From IMG/VR virus record IMGVR_UViG_3300043434_000216: DNA of 20,000 bases, one strand, 5' to 3'. Position numbers and translations under genes: made by a program. Each line of letters opens with the position of its first letter. Positions within the stretch are counted from its first letter, which is position 1. Source of the stretch: an uncultured virus (IMG/VR IMGVR_UViG_3300043434_000216) (taxonomy: Duplodnaviria > Heunggongvirae > Uroviricota > Caudoviricetes). Below the pieces are notes generated by a model that was given only the letters and a program-made list of their open reading frames with translations, searched no databases and was not told where the DNA came from. Shown here one piece after another: positions 16,622-20,000 of this stretch.

Positions 16622-16819
16622 ATGAGAGCAAGCGAATTATTAAACTACTTATTAGAATTAGATAAGACCAATGACTTGTCTAAGGTCGAGGTGTACTATC
16701 GCACTGATAGAGACACAAACGAAGAGCGCGTATTTCACGTCGAAGAGGACTTATACGACGAAGACAATAACTCAGAGTTAATTTCTATAATGTTATTAAA
16801 TGACCCTAAAGATATATAG
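16622..16819 (+). CDS. Small acidic hypothetical protein
   Basis: 65 aa, D/E-rich, 1 nt after the previous stop. Confidence 0.7.
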   Translation: MRASELLNYLLELDKTNDLSKVEVYYRTDRDTNEERVFHVEEDLYDEDNNSELISIMLLNDPKDI

Positions 16820-16821
16820 CT

Positions 16822-17019
16822 ATGGATGTCAAGATAAACATACTAGAGTTAGCCAGCGAGCTAGCAGATAGAGAGCTACGCGAGAAGTGGGACTTCCGCG
16901 ATGGGCAAGCGGACGTAGACGATGGGCACGGAGGCGTAATGTACTCCGACACCGCACAAGATATTTTTAACCGATTGTATGACGAATACTATACAATCAT
17001 AGACCAAATAAAGCAATGA
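16822..17019 (+). CDS. Small acidic hypothetical protein
   Basis: 65 aa, D/E-rich, tightly packed with neighbours. Confidence 0.7.
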   Translation: MDVKINILELASELADRELREKWDFRDGQADVDDGHGGVMYSDTAQDIFNRLYDEYYTIIDQIKQ

Positions 17020-17237
17020 ATACTAACGCCCTTATAATTAAATACGACTTGAAGTTCTTCACCTTTTCTCAATTAGCTACTAATTTATATCTAACTGAGG
17101 TAGAAGAATACGACATTACAACATTATTCGTAACTATAATTGACTTGTACGAAGACTTCTTGTTATCAGGATTTGATTCGCCTGATGAAACGTATCAAGA
17201 ATCAATGATGAAATATTTAGCAAACTTAATAGGATAA
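17016..17237 (+). CDS. Small acidic hypothetical protein
   Basis: 73 aa; ATGA overlap with the upstream stop. Confidence 0.65.
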   Translation: MNTNALIIKYDLKFFTFSQLATNLYLTEVEEYDITTLFVTIIDLYEDFLLSGFDSPDETYQESMMKYLANLIG

Positions 17238-17241
17238 CCTT

Positions 17242-17394
17242 ATGACAAAGCACGAAGCAACCTTAGCCCTTGTACGCACTTACTTAGATGATTTGCGGAC
17301 AAAATTAGATGACCGCAAATATGTGGACGGAGACTTTAATGAAGAAGACTCTATCATCAACGACATCGAAGTACTTATTAACTCTTTAGACTAA
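17242..17394 (+). CDS. Small acidic hypothetical protein (50 aa)
   Basis: Not in the ORF track: MTKHEATLALVRTYLDDLRTKLDDRKYVDGDFNEEDSIINDIEVLINSLD. Confidence 0.65.
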   Translation: MTKHEATLALVRTYLDDLRTKLDDRKYVDGDFNEEDSIINDIEVLINSLD

Positions 17395-17400
17395 ACACAA

Positions 17401-17454
17401 ATGAATCAAGAAGACTTAGCCCACCTAATGTGGCTACTAAACAACAACAAGTAA
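17401..17454 (+). CDS. Possible 17-aa peptide
   Basis: MNQEDLAHLMWLLNNNK; A-rich leader and TAATG coupling to the next ORF. Confidence 0.3.
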   Translation: MNQEDLAHLMWLLNNNK

Positions 17455-17684
17455 TGGGAAACCAACGAGAGAAAATCATCAACGCGATATTAGATTGTCG
17501 CGTTGGTGAGGTGTTACCACAAGAGATGGAACACTTTGCAAAGTTGTACACGGATGACCTTGTCGACGTGTTGATTAATGAATTGTATGCTCTACATAGC
17601 GCTCTTGAGGACAACGTTTCTCAGTGCAATGTAGAGACTCAGAAACTACTAGACATCATAGAGAAAAATGGCAACAAAGTTTAA
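17454..17684 (+). CDS. Hypothetical protein
   Basis: ATG 17454 (MGNQREKII) preferred to GTG 17430; predicted helical. Confidence 0.65.
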   Translation: MGNQREKIINAILDCRVGEVLPQEMEHFAKLYTDDLVDVLINELYALHSALEDNVSQCNVETQKLLDIIEKNGNKV

Positions 17685-17916
17685 TGTATCAGTTAACCCT
17701 TTTACACGCAAGGTTTGTATCGGAGCAAAGGTTAACGGAGTCGGTTCAGAAGTTATATTAGAATATGATGAATTTAACTTTTGGCAAGAGTTTGTAATGA
17801 ATGAGCAGATATTTGAAATACTCTTAGAGTATGACTATGAACTGCAAGTCAGCATATCCGATACATCAGGAAACTATCCCGTAAAACTTAATATAACTTT
17901 ATTAGATGAATTCTAA
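17668..17916 (+). CDS. Small acidic hypothetical protein
   Basis: 82 aa with an E/D-rich C-terminal half. Confidence 0.65.
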   Translation: MATKFNVSVNPFTRKVCIGAKVNGVGSEVILEYDEFNFWQEFVMNEQIFEILLEYDYELQVSISDTSGNYPVKLNITLLDEF

Positions 17917-17995
17917 AAACACCTACGTCGACCTCTTAGAGGTTGTCATAATCATTTCAGCAGTATGCTTAGCTTATTTTTTAATCGTATTATAA
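17906..17995 (+). CDS. Small membrane peptide (29 aa)
   Basis: Not in the ORF track: MNSKNTYVDLLEVVIIISAVCLAYFLIVL. Confidence 0.45.
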   Translation: MNSKNTYVDLLEVVIIISAVCLAYFLIVL

Positions 17996-18009
17996 AACCA
18001 AACAAAAAA

Positions 18010-18327
18010 ATGAAAAATCAAAAAGAAAAAATCGAATTTAATCAAGACTTGTACACTATGGGCATATATGATGCTTACATCACAGACAATGATGACCACC
18101 CTTTTGAGTTAACATCGGTCAAGAACGAGTATGCTATCGGATGGGTTGGAGATGTAGCATCGGGTGCGCACATCAGTAAACTATACCTAGCTAAAAGACC
18201 ACGCAAGGTGTGGGTTCACATAGTAGAGTCTATAGATGGAGCGTTGTTCCCTAAGTTAACCGAATACCCAGACTACACGCCTTACAAGGGTAGCGTGATT
18301 CTTAAAACATATGAAGCAGAAGTCTAA
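18010..18327 (+). CDS. Hypothetical protein
   Basis: ATG 18010 after the A-rich leader AAACCAAACAAAAAA is preferred to 17965. Confidence 0.7.
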   Translation: MKNQKEKIEFNQDLYTMGIYDAYITDNDDHPFELTSVKNEYAIGWVGDVASGAHISKLYLAKRPRKVWVHIVESIDGALFPKLTEYPDYTPYKGSVILKTYEAEV

Positions 18328-18605
18328 TGGGTCGTAGTCATCAGTTAATACACAAGGTAACTTGCGAATGGTGTGGCTACGAGAACAACCCCGAAGAGAT
18401 TCAAAAGGAGTGGGATAGACGAGACCCTTTTTACTCGATGTCCTACCCTTGTGAGTCTTGTAGTGGCACTCTAAGCGCACGTCTTAGACCTTGTGGATAC
18501 TTTACCTTACGCTACGATGGAAAGTCCCGTAGAAAGAGATTAATCGAGGCGGGTTCTAAAAGACTACGCCTCCCTATACCAAAAGAATATGAGAAGAATA
18601 GCTAA
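18327..18605 (+). CDS. Putative zinc-ribbon protein with basic tail
   Basis: 92 aa with CEWC and CESC pairs and an R/K-rich C-terminus; TAATG coupling. Confidence 0.65.
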   Translation: MGRSHQLIHKVTCEWCGYENNPEEIQKEWDRRDPFYSMSYPCESCSGTLSARLRPCGYFTLRYDGKSRRKRLIEAGSKRLRLPIPKEYEKNS

Positions 18606-18825
18606 TGAATTAGTAATTGTTGCGGTAGGCGCGATATGTATTATAGGCGTGGCAATGACATTGTATTTATCACGAGCAACAAGTAGGTATACAATCAAGA
18701 CTGAGTTTAGTACCTATTGCGTAGACAACTTTAGAATCTACGGCAAGGGTATCACATTTAACACCGCCGATGGTCGCGCGGTAATTGCACAAGGAAATTT
18801 TGAAATCATTTTAAATAAGAAATAA
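18589..18825 (+). CDS. Small protein with N-terminal transmembrane helix
   Basis: 78 aa; LVIVAVGAICIIGVAMTLYL followed by a short beta-rich domain. Confidence 0.65.
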   Translation: MRRIANELVIVAVGAICIIGVAMTLYLSRATSRYTIKTEFSTYCVDNFRIYGKGITFNTADGRAVIAQGNFEIILNKK

Positions 18826-18826
18826 A

Positions 18827-19186
18827 ATGGAAAACGAATTTGTAAGCTACGAGCAAGCAGTAGCATTGAAAGAATTAGGGTTTGATGAAAGATGTTTGGG
18901 ATGGTATTCTTCATTTGATAAATTATTAGAAATAGGTAATGTACGTCATAGCTTTTATACACTTGCTCCAATAAAACAACAAGCATTTAGATGGTTTAGG
19001 GAGAAAGGATATTCATTCAATATTATGGCAGATAATGCTATTTTAAATAGTAATTATTTCTACGATATATGGTATAATACTAAGTTTATGATTGAAACAG
19101 ACTATGATTATTCTACCTACGAAGAAGCAGAAAATGCTTGTATTGATAAGTTAATCGAATTAAGTAAACAATTAAATAATGCCTGA
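18827..19186 (+). CDS. Hypothetical protein (EFVxYEQAxALKELGFD type), paralog 1
   Basis: 119 aa with APIKQQAFRWFREKG and TYEEAENACIDKLIE; N-terminus repeated at 19874. Confidence 0.8.
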   Translation: MENEFVSYEQAVALKELGFDERCLGWYSSFDKLLEIGNVRHSFYTLAPIKQQAFRWFREKGYSFNIMADNAILNSNYFYDIWYNTKFMIETDYDYSTYEEAENACIDKLIELSKQLNNA

Positions 19187-19457
19187 ATTTACAACAGAGG
19201 TAGAAATATCCGAATGGGAGTTTGTACGGGAGTGTACAGACTCTGAGGTTTCAAGACTAATCAAAGAGATTCAAGAACAAGAAGAAGAAATTTGGGAGGA
19301 GGAAGTAAACAAGTGGCTTATAGAGTTTAATCCACCTCAAACAAGTTCGCTTGCCACTACGGAATTCTTTGAAGCATTGCAAAAGATTAGTAAGAATCAT
19401 TTAAGGTTATCATTAGAACAAGAAGAACAAATTTTAAACATCGCAAAATCATTATAA
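19179..19457 (+). CDS. Acidic hypothetical protein
   Basis: 92 aa, very E-rich. Confidence 0.7.
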   Translation: MPEFTTEVEISEWEFVRECTDSEVSRLIKEIQEQEEEIWEEEVNKWLIEFNPPQTSSLATTEFFEALQKISKNHLRLSLEQEEQILNIAKSL

Positions 19458-19459
19458 TT

Positions 19460-19738
19460 ATGTCAAGAAAAGTAATTCACACGGTCTTAATTGAGAAGAC
19501 AGGTTTAAGAAAGAATATCTACGAGGTAAACAATCCATTAGTAGACACAGGGAGGCTAGTACAAGGGCAGAAATACCTTGTTGAGTACCGACTATTGAAC
19601 AAGGAGAAGTCTAATTTCATGCTATACCTTGAGGCAACCGAAGACTTTCGCACTTTGATATTCCAGCACCCAACTGAGATGTTTAGAACTATAGGTATTC
19701 CGTTAATGAATATAAACTTTCTAACAGAAGTTGATTAA
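19460..19738 (+). CDS. Hypothetical protein
   Basis: 92 aa ORF, 2 nt after the previous stop. Confidence 0.7.
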   Translation: MSRKVIHTVLIEKTGLRKNIYEVNNPLVDTGRLVQGQKYLVEYRLLNKEKSNFMLYLEATEDFRTLIFQHPTEMFRTIGIPLMNINFLTEVD

Positions 19739-19753
19739 TTAAAACTAATGTTG

Positions 19754-19761
19754 TACATTTG
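19754..19761 (+). promoter_or_regulatory. Bacteroidota-type -7 promoter element (TACATTTG)
   Basis: Intergenic match to TAnnTTTG with a TTG about 20 nt upstream. Confidence 0.65.
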
Positions 19762-19770
19762 AATCGTACA

Positions 19771-19868
19771 ATCGGATGAGGTGAAGTTGCGGTCAGCTCA
19801 TTCGGTATTCAAGGCAACTTGAAACCGCCCCCTCTCCTGCGCAACAAGGTTTGGGGGCTATTTTTTTT
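19771..19868 (+). ncRNA. Structured leader or small RNA ending in a terminator
   Basis: Stem ATCGGATGAG/CTCATTCGGT; its loop AAGTTGC is complementary to GCAACTT (19814-19820); GCCCCC/GGGGGC hairpin followed by T8. Confidence 0.6.
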
Positions 19869-19873
19869 GTACT

Positions 19874-20000
19874 ATGGAAAAAGAATTTGTAACATACGAG
19901 CAAGCATTAGCCTTAAAGGAATTAGGTTTTGATGATGAATGCTGTGGATATTATTCTGATAATATTCTTTATATCTATGAAATTGAAAATAAAAATCTTT
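19874..20000 (+). CDS. Hypothetical protein, paralog 2 of 18827-19186, truncated by the window edge
   Basis: MEKEFVTYEQALALKELGFDDECCGYYSDNILYIYEIENKNL versus MENEFVSYEQAVALKELGFDERCLGWYSS. Confidence 0.75.
   Translation, partial: MEKEFVTYEQALALKELGFDDECCGYYSDNILYIYEIENKNL

Noticed and set aside
16111..17195. Additional CTGATGA hammerhead-core matches at 16111 and about 17182
   Set aside because: Both lie inside coding sequence and lack stem II, a correctly placed GAAA and stem III.

Overview
Segment of a tailed dsDNA phage genome, most likely infecting a Bacteroidota host (TAnnTTTG promoters, A-rich leaders without Shine-Dalgarno sites). The left part (1-13157, minus strand) is a morphogenesis module: tandem-domain GroES-like co-chaperonin, putative small terminase, large terminase, portal, acidic scaffold-like protein, major capsid protein, a hypothetical virion protein and three tail/fibre proteins. 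The right part (about 13900-20000, plus strand) is a divergently transcribed early-type region of small ORFs with an ArdC-like antirestriction gene. The most notable signal is a cluster of RNA elements at the start of the early transcript: an unrecognised ~240-nt structured RNA, a tRNA-like mini-element, a complete type I hammerhead ribozyme overlapping a stop codon, and a small repeated pseudoknot-like motif. Other features are an iteron-like palindromic repeat array beside an AT-rich tract upstream of the terminase genes, and an attenuator-like leader near the right end. All calls come from reading the sequence by eye; no searches or folding programs were run.
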